Part shown: positions 20,591-30,244 of the stretch, piece after piece | Position numbering within the stretch: position 1 is the first letter of the stretch | Layout: every line of letters begins with the position of its first letter | Assembly: GCA_963708025.1 (NCBI GenBank) | Contig: CAVPSB010000023.1 | Coordinates: forward strand, 32,001 to 96,000 | Direction: 5' to 3' | Length of the DNA: 64,000 bases | Origin: an uncultured Candidatus Rokubacteria bacterium | GTDB taxonomy: Bacteria > Methylomirabilota > Methylomirabilia > Rokubacteriales > DASRDR01 | Notes under the pieces: generated by a model | The model's input: the letters and a program-made list of their open reading frames with translations, nothing else | Told to the model about the DNA's origin: nothing | Databases searched by the model: none | Made by a program: the position numbers and the translations under genes

Positions 20591-21708
20591 TCGAGCTGAA
20601 CGTCCGGAAGCGCTATGCGGGGTTCCTTCTCGACGCCGCCTGGACCGCCGGCGACGAGGTCGTGGCGCTGTTCGGGCCGTCGGGCGCCGGGAAGAGCCTG
20701 ACGCTGAACTGCCTGGCCGGGCTCGTCCGTCCCGACGCCGGGCGGGTCGTCGTCAACGGGCGCGTCTTCGACGACGTGGAGCGCGGGGTGCGGCTTCCGC
20801 CGCAGGCCCGTCACCTCGGCTACGTGTTCCAGGGCTACGCCCTGTTCCCGCACCTCACCGTGGCCGAGAACGTCGGCTTCGGGCTCGCGGACCAACCGCG
20901 GACCGCGCGCCGACGGACTACCGCGGACGTGCTCGATCGGCTGGGTCTGGCCGACGTCGCCGGCCGCCATCCGCGCGAGCTGTCGGGCGGCCAGCAGCAG
21001 CGGGTCGCTCTCGGCCGGGCGCTGGCGCCGGATCCCGAGCTGCTGCTGCTCGACGAGCCCCTGTCGGCCCTGGACGCTCCGCTCCGGCGCCAGCTCCGCG
21101 AGGAGCTGGGCCGGGTGATCCGCGAGTGGGGCAAGGCGGTGGTCCTGGTCACCCACGACCTCGCCGAGGCCTACCAGCTCGGCGAGCGCCTGGTGCTCTA
21201 CGACGGAGGCCGCGTCGTGCAGGCGGCGCCGAAGGGCGAGCTCTTGCTCCATCCCGCGTCGGAGACGGTGGCCCGGCTGATCGGGATGCGAAACATCGTC
21301 CGGGGCACCGTGGTGAAGGCGAGTGCCGATCGCATCGAGATCGCCTGGCGGGGCCACACCGTCGAGGCGGTGAACTCGCTGACTCGCCCCTACCTGGCCC
21401 CGCCTGGGACCCCGGTGGCGTTCTTCGTGCGCCCGGAGTACGTGCGGCTGATCCGGAAGGACCGCACGGGACCGGACCCGGGCCACCACATGAACCTCCT
21501 CGCGGGGACCGTCGTCGGCGAGCTCGATCAGGGCACCGCGTGGACGCTGCTCTTCCGCGTGGACGCGCCGGGCGAGGCGAGCCAGGGCACCTACGACCTC
21601 GAGGTCGAGATCCCCAAGCTGGTCTACGAGATGCTGGACGTGGGCCGCGACCGCCGCTGGAGCGTCTCGATGCACCGGGGCGCGCTTCAGGTGCTGCCGA
21701 CGGAATGA
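20587..21708 (+). CDS. modC: Molybdate ABC ATPase
   Basis: LFGPSGAGKS, LSGGQQQRVAL and LLDEP; GTGA-coupled to modB. Confidence 0.85.
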   Translation: MIELNVRKRYAGFLLDAAWTAGDEVVALFGPSGAGKSLTLNCLAGLVRPDAGRVVVNGRVFDDVERGVRLPPQARHLGYVFQGYALFPHLTVAENVGFGLADQPRTARRRTTADVLDRLGLADVAGRHPRELSGGQQQRVALGRALAPDPELLLLDEPLSALDAPLRRQLREELGRVIREWGKAVVLVTHDLAEAYQLGERLVLYDGGRVVQAAPKGELLLHPASETVARLIGMRNIVRGTVVKASADRIEIAWRGHTVEAVNSLTRPYLAPPGTPVAFFVRPEYVRLIRKDRTGPDPGHHMNLLAGTVVGELDQGTAWTLLFRVDAPGEASQGTYDLEVEIPKLVYEMLDVGRDRRWSVSMHRGALQVLPTE

Positions 21709-22807
21709 CCCCGGCGGTTCCGGTGCTGGCCGCCGAGGAGGTCGAGGTCGCCTACCGCGGGCGCGCGGCGCTGGCGGTGCCGGCCCTGGCGGTGAGCGAG
21801 GGCGAGGTGCTGGCCGTCATCGGGCCGAACGGTGCCGGCAAGTCGACCCTCCTGCGGGTGCTCGGCCTGCTCGAGTCGCCGGCGCGCGGGACCGTCGCGT
21901 TCCGCGGCGTCGTCCCGCGCACGGACGCCGAGCGCCTGGCGTTGCGCCGCCGCATGGCCTCCGTGTTCCAGGAGGCCCTCCTGTGCGACACCAGCGTCGC
22001 CGCCAACGTGCGCCTGCCGCTGGCGTTCCGTGGCGTGGGCCGGGCCGAGGCCGAGCGGCGGGCGCGGCCGTGGATGGAGCGGGTCGGGATCGCGCACCTG
22101 GCCGACCGTCCGGCGCGCACGCTCTCGGGGGCGAGGCCCAGCGGGCGAGCCTGGCCCGGGCGTTCGTGACCGCGCCCGAGGTGCTCCTCCTCGACGAGCC
22201 ATTCGCCGCGCTCGACCCGCCGACCCGCGAGGCCTTGCTCGACGACCTGGCGTCGCTCCTGGGCGAGGCCCGGACGACCGCGATCTTCGTCACCCACGAT
22301 CGCGCCGAGGCCCTCCGGCTCGGTCACCGGGTCGCGGTGCTGATCGACGGGCGCCTGGCCCAGGTGGGGCCGCCCCCGGAGGTCTTCGGCGCGCCGGTGG
22401 ACGCGGAGGTGGCGCGGCTGGTCGGCGTGGAGAACCTGCTGCCCGGCCGGGTGGTGGCGGTCCGCGACGGCTTCGTCCACGTGAGCGTGGGGAGCGAGAC
22501 GCTGGCGGTCGCCGGCACGGCGCGCGAGGGGGACGAGGCGCTGGTCGGCCTGCGGCCCGAGGACCTGCTCCTCGAGCCGGCCGGGCCCGGGCGCCTGACC
22601 AGCGCCCAGAATCGCCTGGCGGGCGTCGTTCGCCAGGTGGCGCCGGTGGGCGCGCTCTACCGCGTCGTCGTCGACTGCGGCGTCCGGCTGAGCGTCGTGG
22701 TGACCCGCCCGGCCGTGGAGGCACTTGGCCTGGCGCCCGGGGTCGCGGTCGCGGTGAGCTTCAAGGCGACGGCCGCGCACCTGGTCCGGATCGGCCCGGG
22801 AACGTGA
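21705..22807 (+). CDS. tupC: Tungstate ABC ATPase with TOBE domains, frameshift in G-run 22127-22131
   Basis: GPNGAGKSTLL. The signature LSG/GEAQR is split by a missing G. C-terminal SAQNRLAG..FKATA TOBE domain. Confidence 0.8.
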
Positions 22808-22850
22808 GCGTGCCGGGGCCGTCCGCGGCCTGCTGCGGGCGCCGTCGCGC

Positions 22851-22880
22851 TTGACAGCCGCGACTCCCATTTGGTACAAG
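22851..22880 (+). promoter_or_regulatory. Sigma70-type promoter
   Basis: TTGACA-18-TACAAG with TGn extension. Confidence 0.55.
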
Positions 22881-22961
22881 GAGAGCATAGCGCGAGAGGC
22901 CGGATCCCGGAGCGAGTGGGAGGGCCGAGTGCGTCGAGGGCGTGACGAGGTCTGGAAGCGA

Positions 22962-22998
22962 GGCCAGCGGCCGGTGGGGCGCTGGCCGTTTTTGTTTT
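22962..22998 (+). terminator. Intrinsic terminator within the leader of the DUF465-moaC operon
   Basis: GGCCAGCG/CGCTGGCC stem followed by GTTTTTGTTTT, lying upstream of the AAGGAGG SD. Confidence 0.7.
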
Positions 22999-23020
22999 CC
23001 CACGGCGAAGGAGGCGGATC

Positions 23021-23257
23021 ATGCCCGACCGTGAAGTCCTCATCCAGCGACTGACGGAGGCCAGTGACGAGTTCCGCCGGCTCCGCGGCGAGCACCAGGA
23101 GCACGAGCGGGAGATCTCCGACCTCCAGGCCCGGTCGTTCCTCACGACCGAGCAGCAGTGGCGGGTGAGCGAGCTGAAGAAGTTGAAGCTAATGGCCAAG
23201 GACCGGATGGAGACGCTCATCCGGGAGAGTCAGCGCTCCGCCCAGACGCCGGCCTAG
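23021..23257 (+). CDS. DUF465/YdcH-family small coiled-coil protein
   Basis: [25 protein letters not shown]; strong SD. Confidence 0.85.
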   Translation: MPDREVLIQRLTEASDEFRRLRGEHQEHEREISDLQARSFLTTEQQWRVSELKKLKLMAKDRMETLIRESQRSAQTPA

Positions 23258-23272
23258 CGGCGCCCTCCCACC

Positions 23273-23911
23273 ATGTCCCGCAGCACCGAGGGGGGCGGGG
23301 CAGATCGGCCCACCCCCCTTGGGGCTCGAATGCGCTCGCGCCTCCCGCCGCGCCCTTCCGGTTCTCGCCGATCCGCCCCGGTCTCGTCCCCGCGCTCGAC
23401 CGACGACCCCGGACCGTACGGGCTCACGCACCTGGACCGCGAAGGCCGGGCGAAGATGGTGGACGTCACCGCCAAGCCCGAGACGGCCCGCGAAGCCCGG
23501 GCCCGGGTGACCCTCCGGATGCAGCCGGCCACGCTCGCCGCCATCCGGGCCGGGGGGATCGCCAAGGGTGACGTGCTCGGGGTGGCCCGGGTGGCCGGGA
23601 TCATGGCGGCCAAGCGAACCGCCGATCTGATCCCGCTCTGTCACCCGCTCCGCCTCACCGGCGTCGACGTCCGGTTCGTCCTCGACCGGGCGCGCTCGGC
23701 CGTGCACGTGGAGACCGCGGCCCGGACGGTGGACAAGACCGGCGTGGAGATGGAAGCCCTGACCGCCGCCGCCGGTGCGGCCCTGGCGATCTACGACATG
23801 GTGAAGGCGATCGACCGGGGCCTCGTCGTCACCGACCTCTGCCTGGTGGAGAAGCGCGGGGGTCGCAGCGGGCACTGGGTCCGGCCGCGCGCGGGCCGGC
23901 GATCGCCATGA
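23273..23911 (+). CDS. moaC: Cyclic pyranopterin monophosphate synthase (start uncertain)
   Basis: [31 protein letters not shown] and YDMVKA motifs. Confidence 0.96.
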   Translation: MSRSTEGGGADRPTPLGARMRSRLPPRPSGSRRSAPVSSPRSTDDPGPYGLTHLDREGRAKMVDVTAKPETAREARARVTLRMQPATLAAIRAGGIAKGDVLGVARVAGIMAAKRTADLIPLCHPLRLTGVDVRFVLDRARSAVHVETAARTVDKTGVEMEALTAAAGAALAIYDMVKAIDRGLVVTDLCLVEKRGGRSGHWVRPRAGRRSP

Positions 23912-25038
23912 AGACCGCGCTGGTCCACTCCGACGCCTATCAGCGCTTCGACTACGGGCCGAGCCACCCGCTCCGGATGGAGCGCCTCGGGCTCACCTAC
24001 GCCCTGATGGAGGCCTACGGGCTGACCGGCCTGCCCGAGACGAAGGTGATCGCCCCGCGACCGGCGCCGGAGGCGGTGCTGCGCGGCTTCCACACGGAGG
24101 AGTACCTCGAGGTGCTGCGCGCCGCCTCGGCCGGCCAGGCGGTGCCGAGTCCCCATCGCTACGGGCTGGGCCCGGGCGACAACCCGATCTGGCCCGGGAT
24201 GTTCGAGGCCTCGGCGCTCGCCTGCGGGGGATCGGTCGCGGCCGCCGACCTGGTCGCGGCCGGCGAGGTCGAGCGGGCCTTCGCCTTCGCCGGCGGCCTG
24301 CACCACGCGATGCCGGACCGCGCCTCCGGCTTCTGCTACCTCAACGACGCGGTCCTGGCGATCCGGGCGCTCAGGTCCCGCGGGCTCCGGGTCTGCTACG
24401 TCGACATCGACGCGCACCACGGCGACGGCGTCCAGCACGCGTTCTACGCGGAGGCCGAGGTCCTCACCATCTCGACCCACGAGCGCGGGGACCGGCTGTT
24501 CCCGGGCACCGGGTTCGTGGACGAGATGGGGGAGGGCGCCGGGAGAGGATACTCGGTCAACCTGCCTCTCCACCCGTACACGGACGATGCCGTGTACCTC
24601 GAGGCCTTCGACGCGGTCGTCCCGCCGATCGTCCGCGCCTTCCGGCCGGACGTGGTGGTGGCCCAGCTCGGGATCGACAGCCACCGGACCGATCCGCTGA
24701 CACACCTGGTGCTCAGCGTGGAGGGCTTCGCCGACGCCGTCCGGCGGATCCTGGGTCTGGCGCCACGCCTGGTGGCCCTCGGCGGCGGCGGCTACGATCT
24801 CTCGAACGTCGCCCGGGCCTGGACGGCCGCCTGGGCGCTGATGAACGAGGTGACCCTCCCGGACGAGCTGCCCGCGTCCTTCGTCGCGAGCGCCGCGCGC
24901 CATCTTCACGGCCGGACCGCCCTCCGGGACGGGGCGGCGGCGCTTCCCGATGACGTGATCCGCGCGGCGCGCGAGTACGCCCGGCGTCAGGTCGCGGAGA
25001 TCGAGCGCCGCATCTTCCCGATTCTCGGCGTCCGTTGA
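23908..25038 (+). CDS. acuC: Histone deacetylase family / acetoin utilisation protein
   Basis: GGLHHA..ASGFCYLND, DIDAHHGDG, FPGTG and GGGGY motifs. Confidence 0.9.
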   Translation: MKTALVHSDAYQRFDYGPSHPLRMERLGLTYALMEAYGLTGLPETKVIAPRPAPEAVLRGFHTEEYLEVLRAASAGQAVPSPHRYGLGPGDNPIWPGMFEASALACGGSVAAADLVAAGEVERAFAFAGGLHHAMPDRASGFCYLNDAVLAIRALRSRGLRVCYVDIDAHHGDGVQHAFYAEAEVLTISTHERGDRLFPGTGFVDEMGEGAGRGYSVNLPLHPYTDDAVYLEAFDAVVPPIVRAFRPDVVVAQLGIDSHRTDPLTHLVLSVEGFADAVRRILGLAPRLVALGGGGYDLSNVARAWTAAWALMNEVTLPDELPASFVASAARHLHGRTALRDGAAALPDDVIRAAREYARRQVAEIERRIFPILGVR

Positions 25039-25071
25039 GCCCCGCGGGGTCGTGTGTTAGCCTGCTCGAAT

Positions 25072-25773
25072 ATGGAGCGCGCGAGGTCCGCGAGTGCCGG
25101 CGACGCGGCGAAGTCGGAGGGCTGGCTGATCACGATCGAGGGCGTGGAAGGGGCGGGCAAGTCCACGCAGATCGCCCGGCTGGCCGCGTGGCTCGAGTCG
25201 GTCGGCACCCGGGTCGTGTCGACGTCCGAGCCGGACGGCTCTCCGCTGGGCCCTTGGGTCCGCCGGGTCCTGGCCGACCGGTCCCCGGTCGACCCGTTGA
25301 CCGAGTGCTTCCTGTTCGCGACCGCCCGGGCCGAGCACGTCCGCCGGGTGATCCGCCCGGCGCTCGGGCGCGGCGCCGTCGTCCTGTGTGACCGGTACGC
25401 CGACTCCACCGTCGCCTACCAGGGCTACGGGCGGGGCGTCCCCCTCGAGGTCGTCGCCGAGTTGAACCGCCTGGCGACCGACGGGCTCACGCCGGATCTC
25501 ACGCTCGTCCTCGACCTCGACCCGGACGAGGGGTTGCGGCGAGTGCGCCGCCGGCTGGCGCCGGCCGGAGCCGGGGAGGTGGCCGGGGCGGCCGATCCCT
25601 TCGAGCGGCTCGGGCTGGAGTTCCACGAGCGCGTCCGAAAGGGATATCGGGCGATCCAGGAGCGGGCGCCGGACCGCGCGGTGCTGATCGACGCCGGGCG
25701 ATCCGAAGAGTCGGTGGCGGCGGCCATCCGCGCGGTGGTGGGGGCGCGGCTGGGACTGGACGCGCCAGGATGA
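25072..25773 (+). CDS. tmk: Thymidylate kinase
   Basis: IEGVEGAGKSTQ and CDRYADSTVAYQGYGRG motifs. Confidence 0.95.
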   Translation: MERARSASAGDAAKSEGWLITIEGVEGAGKSTQIARLAAWLESVGTRVVSTSEPDGSPLGPWVRRVLADRSPVDPLTECFLFATARAEHVRRVIRPALGRGAVVLCDRYADSTVAYQGYGRGVPLEVVAELNRLATDGLTPDLTLVLDLDPDEGLRRVRRRLAPAGAGEVAGAADPFERLGLEFHERVRKGYRAIQERAPDRAVLIDAGRSEESVAAAIRAVVGARLGLDAPG

Positions 25774-25932
25774 GACATCCTCTGTCAACCCTCTCGCTCC
25801 GCCGACCTCGTGCCGCGTCGGGACTGCGGGGCGCCCCCCCTCGCCCCGGCCAAAGGCCGGAGGCTGTCGACTGGTGGGGAGGGGTCGCCAAAGGCCGAAG
25901 GCCGTCGAAGGGTGGCGGTGGACCCGGATGAG
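25768..25932 (+). repeat. Family E junction repeat flanked by a GGATGAG duplication
   Basis: GGATGAG at 25768-25774 (tmk stop) and 25926-25932 (holB start); body similar to 26960-27120 and 32302-32450. Confidence 0.8.
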
Positions 25933-26950
25933 CCAGCCCGCCGGAGCCGCGGCAGCCCGGCCGCTCTGGTCGGCGATCCGAGGGCAGGACGCGGCCGTCG
26001 CGCTGCTCCGGCGCGCGCTCGCCACCGACCGGGTGGCCCACGCCTACGCGTTCGTGGGTCCGCCCGGGGTGGGGCGGCGCCTCACGGCGCTCACGTTCGC
26101 GCGGGCCTGCCTCTGCCCCCGGCAGGGCTGTGGCGCCTGCGCGGTCTGTCGGCGCGTCGCCGCCGGCCAGCATCCCGATTGCCAGCTCATCGTGCCGACG
26201 CCGCCGAAGGACAACCCGAAAGGTCCGCTGGCGATCCGCATGGAGCAGGTGCGTGACCTCGAGCACTGGGCGGCCCTCTCGCCGCTGGAGGCGCCCCGCA
26301 AGCTGTTCATCGTGGACGACGCCGACCGTCTCACCCGGGAGGCGCCCCAGGCGCTCCTCAAGACCCTCGAGGAGCCGCCGCCCCGGACCCTCCTGATCCT
26401 GATCGTCGCCAACGTGCGGGGGCTGCCGCCGACCGTCCTCTCGCGGTGCCAGCTCGTTCGGTTCCGGCCGCTCCCCGAGCCCGACGCGATGGCGCTGCTG
26501 GTCGAGCGGGGGGCGGACGCGGCGGCGGCCCGCCGCCTGGCGCGCCTCTGCCGCGGCCAGGTCGGGCTGGCGCTGGCGGCCGACCTGGAGGCCGTCCAGG
26601 CACACCGGGCCGCGGCGCTCGAGTTGCTCGCCACGGCGCCTCCGCGCCTGGCCGGGCGCCTCGACGAGGCGCGGCTCGATCGCGATCGCGACGCCGTCGC
26701 GGCCCTCCTCGAGACGTACTGGCTCTGGTACCGGGACGCTCTCTGCCTGGCGGCCGGCGGCGACGCGACGCCGCTCGTGAACGAGGACCGCCGGGAGGAC
26801 CTGACGGCCCTCGCCGGCCGGCTATCCCTGCCCGCGCTGTCCGAGGCCCTCCGGGTCGTCAAGGAGGCCTGGCTCGCGCTGGAGACCAACGTCAATCCCC
26901 GGCTGGCGCTCGAGTGCGCGCTGCTGGCGCTGGCGCCGCGGGCCGCCTGA
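25928..26950 (+). CDS. holB: DNA polymerase III delta-prime subunit
   Basis: HAYAFVGPPGVG, Zn motif CGACAVC, HPD, ALLKTLEEPP and TVLSRCQ. Confidence 0.95.
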   Translation: MSQPAGAAAARPLWSAIRGQDAAVALLRRALATDRVAHAYAFVGPPGVGRRLTALTFARACLCPRQGCGACAVCRRVAAGQHPDCQLIVPTPPKDNPKGPLAIRMEQVRDLEHWAALSPLEAPRKLFIVDDADRLTREAPQALLKTLEEPPPRTLLILIVANVRGLPPTVLSRCQLVRFRPLPEPDAMALLVERGADAAAARRLARLCRGQVGLALAADLEAVQAHRAAALELLATAPPRLAGRLDEARLDRDRDAVAALLETYWLWYRDALCLAAGGDATPLVNEDRREDLTALAGRLSLPALSEALRVVKEAWLALETNVNPRLALECALLALAPRAA

Positions 26951-26959
26951 GGTGGCCGG

Positions 26960-27222
26960 AATGAGACACCCCGTGTCCCTCGCGTTCCGCCGACTTCGGA
27001 CCGCGTCGGGACCGCGGGGCGCCCCCCCTCCCCCCGGCCAAAGGCCGGAGGCCGTCGACAGGTCGGGAGGGGTCGCCAAAGGCCGAAGGCCGTCGATGGG
27101 TGGGGGTGGACCCAAATGAGCAACGTGATGGAGCCACCCCTCTCGTTCCGCCGACTCGGACCGCGTCGGGACCGCGGGCCCCTCCCGGCGGGTGGGAGGG
27201 GTCGGGGGTGGACGCAAATGAG
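26960..27222 (+). repeat. Tandem long+short family E repeats with duplicated ricT start
   Basis: AATGAG at 26960, 27115 and 27217; 37-bp segment 27102-27138 is repeated at 27204-27240 with 3 mismatches. Confidence 0.8.
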
Positions 27223-28117
27223 CAACGTACTGGAGCCACCGATCGATTCCGCCGATGGCGCGGATCCGCGGCCGCCTGCGCGCCTGATCGGCGTCCGGCT
27301 CCGCGAAGGCGCCCGGGCCGACGACTACCTCACCGAGGAGCCCGGCCTCCACGTCGGGGATCATGTCCTCGTCGAGGTGCCGAACGGCCAGGCGGTGGGC
27401 GAGATCCGCCGCCCGGCCCGGGACGTTTCCGAGTTCCGGCGCGACCGGACCTACCCGCGGGTGCTGCGCCTGGCCACCGCCGACGAGCTGGCGGAGGTGC
27501 GCCGCCGGCGCGACCGCGAAAAGACCGCCGTGGGCACGTGTCAGGTCCGCGCCAAGAGCCACGGGCTGCCGATGAAGATCGTAGACGTCGAGATGACGCC
27601 CGATGGCCGCCGGCTCACCGTGCTGTTCGCGGCCGAGGGCCGGGTGGACTTCCGGGAGCTGGTGAAGGAGCTGGCCCGCGAGTTCCGCGCCCGGATCGAG
27701 ATGCGGCAGATCGGGGCCCGGGACGTCACCAAGATCCAGGAGGGCATCGGCCCGTGCGGGAGGGAGCTCTGCTGCTCGAGCCACCTCCGGAAGTTCGAGC
27801 CGATCTCGGTGCGGATGGCGAAGGCCCAGGACATGCCGCTGACCGACAGCCGGCTGCTCGGCAACTGCGGCCGGCTCAAGTGCTGCCTCCTCTACGAGTT
27901 CTCGATGTACGAGGAGCTGCGGGCCCGGCTGCCGCGGGTGGGGTCGGCCTGCGAGGCCGACTGCGGCGGGGGCGGCTGCATGCAGGGACGGGTGAAGGGG
28001 ATCAAGGTCCTGAAGGAGAGCGTGCTGGTGGGCTTCGCGGACGGGACGGAGGCCGAGGTGCCGCTGGCCCAGCTCACCTGGGAAGGGCGGCCCCACGTCA
28101 AGCCGCTGACCGAGTAG
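27218..28117 (+). CDS. ricT: PSP1/YaaT (RicT) Fe-S family protein; in-frame alternative start at 27116
   Basis: RVDFRELVKEL..RIEMRQIG, GIGPCGRELCC and CGRLKCCL motifs; tmk-holB-yaaT-metG-tatD synteny. Confidence 0.9.
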   Translation: MSNVLEPPIDSADGADPRPPARLIGVRLREGARADDYLTEEPGLHVGDHVLVEVPNGQAVGEIRRPARDVSEFRRDRTYPRVLRLATADELAEVRRRRDREKTAVGTCQVRAKSHGLPMKIVDVEMTPDGRRLTVLFAAEGRVDFRELVKELAREFRARIEMRQIGARDVTKIQEGIGPCGRELCCSSHLRKFEPISVRMAKAQDMPLTDSRLLGNCGRLKCCLLYEFSMYEELRARLPRVGSACEADCGGGGCMQGRVKGIKVLKESVLVGFADGTEAEVPLAQLTWEGRPHVKPLTE

Positions 28118-28121
28118 GACC

Positions 28122-30053
28122 GTGTCGCCTTCGACGCCGCGTCGCGTCTTCTATCTCACCACCCCCATCTACTACGTCAACGCGACACCCCACCTCGGCC
28201 ACGCTTACACGACGATCGTCGCCGACGCCATGGCCCGGTATCATCGCCTGTCCGGCGACGACGTCTGGCTCCTGACGGGGACCGACGAGCACGGGGACAA
28301 GATCGCCCAGGCCGCCGCCAAGGCGGGGGTCTCGCCCCAGTCCTACACGGACCGGATCTCGGCCGCCTTCCGCGAGACGTGGCAGCGCCTCGGCATCACC
28401 AACGACGACTTCATCCGCACGACCGAGCCGCGCCACCAGAAGGTCGTGCAGTCGGTGCTCCAGCGGCTCTGGGACGCCGGTGAGATCTACTTCGGCAAGT
28501 ACGGCGGCCACTATTGCTTCGGCTGCGAGCGCTTCTACACCGAGAAGGAGATCGTCGACGGGAAGTGCCCCGACCACCAGACGCCGCTGACCTGGATCGA
28601 GGAGGAGAACTACTTCTTCCGGATGTCCAAGTACCAGGAGTGGCTGGTCGGCTACATCCAGGAGCACCCGGACGCAATCCGGCCCGAGCGGTACCGGAAC
28701 GAGATCCTGGGCTTCCTGCGGGAGCCGCTCCAGGACCTGTCGATCAGCCGGCCCCGGACCCGGCTCGAGTGGGGGATCCCGCTGCCGTTCGACGACCGGT
28801 TCGTCACCTACGTCTGGTTCGACGCCCTGCTCAACTACGTCTCGGCCCTCGGCGACATCGGGAGCGCGCGATACGAGAAGTACTGGCCCCACGCCCAGCA
28901 CCTGATCGGCAAGGACATCCTCAAGCCCCACGGGGTCTACTGGCCGTGCATGCTGAAGGCCGCCGGCATCTCCGTCTTCCGGCACCTCAACGTCCACGGG
29001 TACTGGAACATCGGCGGCGGCAAGATGTCGAAGTCGGTGGGCAACGTGGTCGAGGCCCTCGCGCTGACCGACAAGTACGGCCACGACGCCTTCCGCTACT
29101 TCCTGATGCGCGAGATGACGTTCGGACTGGACGCGAACTTCTCCGAGGAGGCGCTCGTCGACCGGCTCAACGCCGACCTGGCCAACGACCTCGGGAACCT
29201 CGTGAGCCGGGCGACCGCCCTGATCGTCGGCTTCGGCCAGGGAAGGATCCCCCAGCCGCGCTCGGCCGCGGCCGGCCAGGGTCCGGTGGTCGCCGCGTGG
29301 GCGACCGCGCGACAGCAGCTCCAGGGCGCGATGGAGGATTTCGCGTTCCAGCGGGCGCTCGGCGCCGTGTGGGAGTTCATCGCCGAGGTGAATCGCTTCG
29401 TCGACACGAGCCAGCCGTGGCAGCTCGCCAAGAGGAGCGCCACCGACGCCAAAGCCGGCGAGCAGCTCGAGGCGGTGCTGTACGCGCTGGGCGAGAGCCT
29501 GCGCCTTCTGGGCATCGTGCTGGACCCGTTCCTCCCCGAGGCCGCCGGGAAGATCCGGGGCGCGCTCGGTCAGACGGGTGAGCCGCGGCTCGCCGATGCG
29601 GAGTGGGGTCGACTGGCGTCCGGGACCACCGTCCGGAAGCTCTCGGGGCTCTTCCCTCGGGTCGAGGCCGGCCGGGCCTCCGGAGAGCCGCCGGTGGCCG
29701 CGCCTTCCGCGGGCGCCGTCGGGGATGCGCCGCGGGTGAGCATCGAGGAGTTCCGGCGCCTCGACCTCCGGGTCGCCGAGGTGCTGGCCGCCGAGCCGGT
29801 CCCGAAGTCCAAGAAGCTCCTGAAGCTCACCGTGAAGCTGGGCGACGAGACGCGGACGATCGTGGCGGGCATCGCCGAGCACTACCGGCCGGAGACCCTC
29901 CGGGGCCGGAAGGTCGTCGTCGTCGCCAACCTCGCGCCGGCGACGCTGATGGGCGTGGAGTCGAGCGGCATGGTCCTGGCGGGCTCCGAAGGGGAGACGC
30001 TCGCCCTGCTCACGCTGGATCGCGACTTGCCGACCGGCGCCAAAGTCCGCTAG
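28122..30053 (+). CDS. metG: Methionine--tRNA ligase with C-terminal tRNA-binding OB domain
   Basis: TTPIYYVN..PHLGHAY, GTDEHG, KMSKS and VVANLAPATLMGVES motifs. Confidence 0.98.
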   Translation: MSPSTPRRVFYLTTPIYYVNATPHLGHAYTTIVADAMARYHRLSGDDVWLLTGTDEHGDKIAQAAAKAGVSPQSYTDRISAAFRETWQRLGITNDDFIRTTEPRHQKVVQSVLQRLWDAGEIYFGKYGGHYCFGCERFYTEKEIVDGKCPDHQTPLTWIEEENYFFRMSKYQEWLVGYIQEHPDAIRPERYRNEILGFLREPLQDLSISRPRTRLEWGIPLPFDDRFVTYVWFDALLNYVSALGDIGSARYEKYWPHAQHLIGKDILKPHGVYWPCMLKAAGISVFRHLNVHGYWNIGGGKMSKSVGNVVEALALTDKYGHDAFRYFLMREMTFGLDANFSEEALVDRLNADLANDLGNLVSRATALIVGFGQGRIPQPRSAAAGQGPVVAAWATARQQLQGAMEDFAFQRALGAVWEFIAEVNRFVDTSQPWQLAKRSATDAKAGEQLEAVLYALGESLRLLGIVLDPFLPEAAGKIRGALGQTGEPRLADAEWGRLASGTTVRKLSGLFPRVEAGRASGEPPVAAPSAGAVGDAPRVSIEEFRRLDLRVAEVLAAEPVPKSKKLLKLTVKLGDETRTIVAGIAEHYRPETLRGRKVVVVANLAPATLMGVESSGMVLAGSEGETLALLTLDRDLPTGAKVR

Positions 30054-30218
30054 CGCCGTGCCGATACCCGTCGCATCCCGTCGTCCTCGATCCGGCCTTC
30101 GGCCTTTGGGGTCGTCGGCGGGCCTCGACGTATGCGGCATGCGCCCCGGCCCGCCTCCTCCCTGCGTCGGTCGGACGGCCTTCCGCCTGTGGGGGCTGCT
30201 CGGGTCTCGGCCCGGCGC
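30053..30218. mobile_element. MITE-like repeat family A, copy 2
   Basis: 17-bp imperfect TIRs GCGCCGTGCCGATACCC / GGGTCTCGGCCCGGCGC starting in the metG TAG; shares CCTCGACGTA and the right arm with 1469-1659. Confidence 0.7.
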
Positions 30219-30244
30219 AGCTCGGTAAGTCTCGACCGGTCTTG

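Noticed and set aside
19030-21707. GCC(T)GACGGA similarity at both ends of modABC as an insertion scar
   Set aside because: Only 6 bp are exact, which is not distinguishable from chance.
22127-22131. Programmed ribosomal frameshift in tupC
   Set aside because: No slippery heptamer; a homopolymer indel is simpler given other indels in the window.
22862-22885. Moco riboswitch 3' motif look-alike (CTCCCATTTGG..AAGG)
   Set aside because: It overlaps the predicted promoter and the upstream stems are not recognisable.
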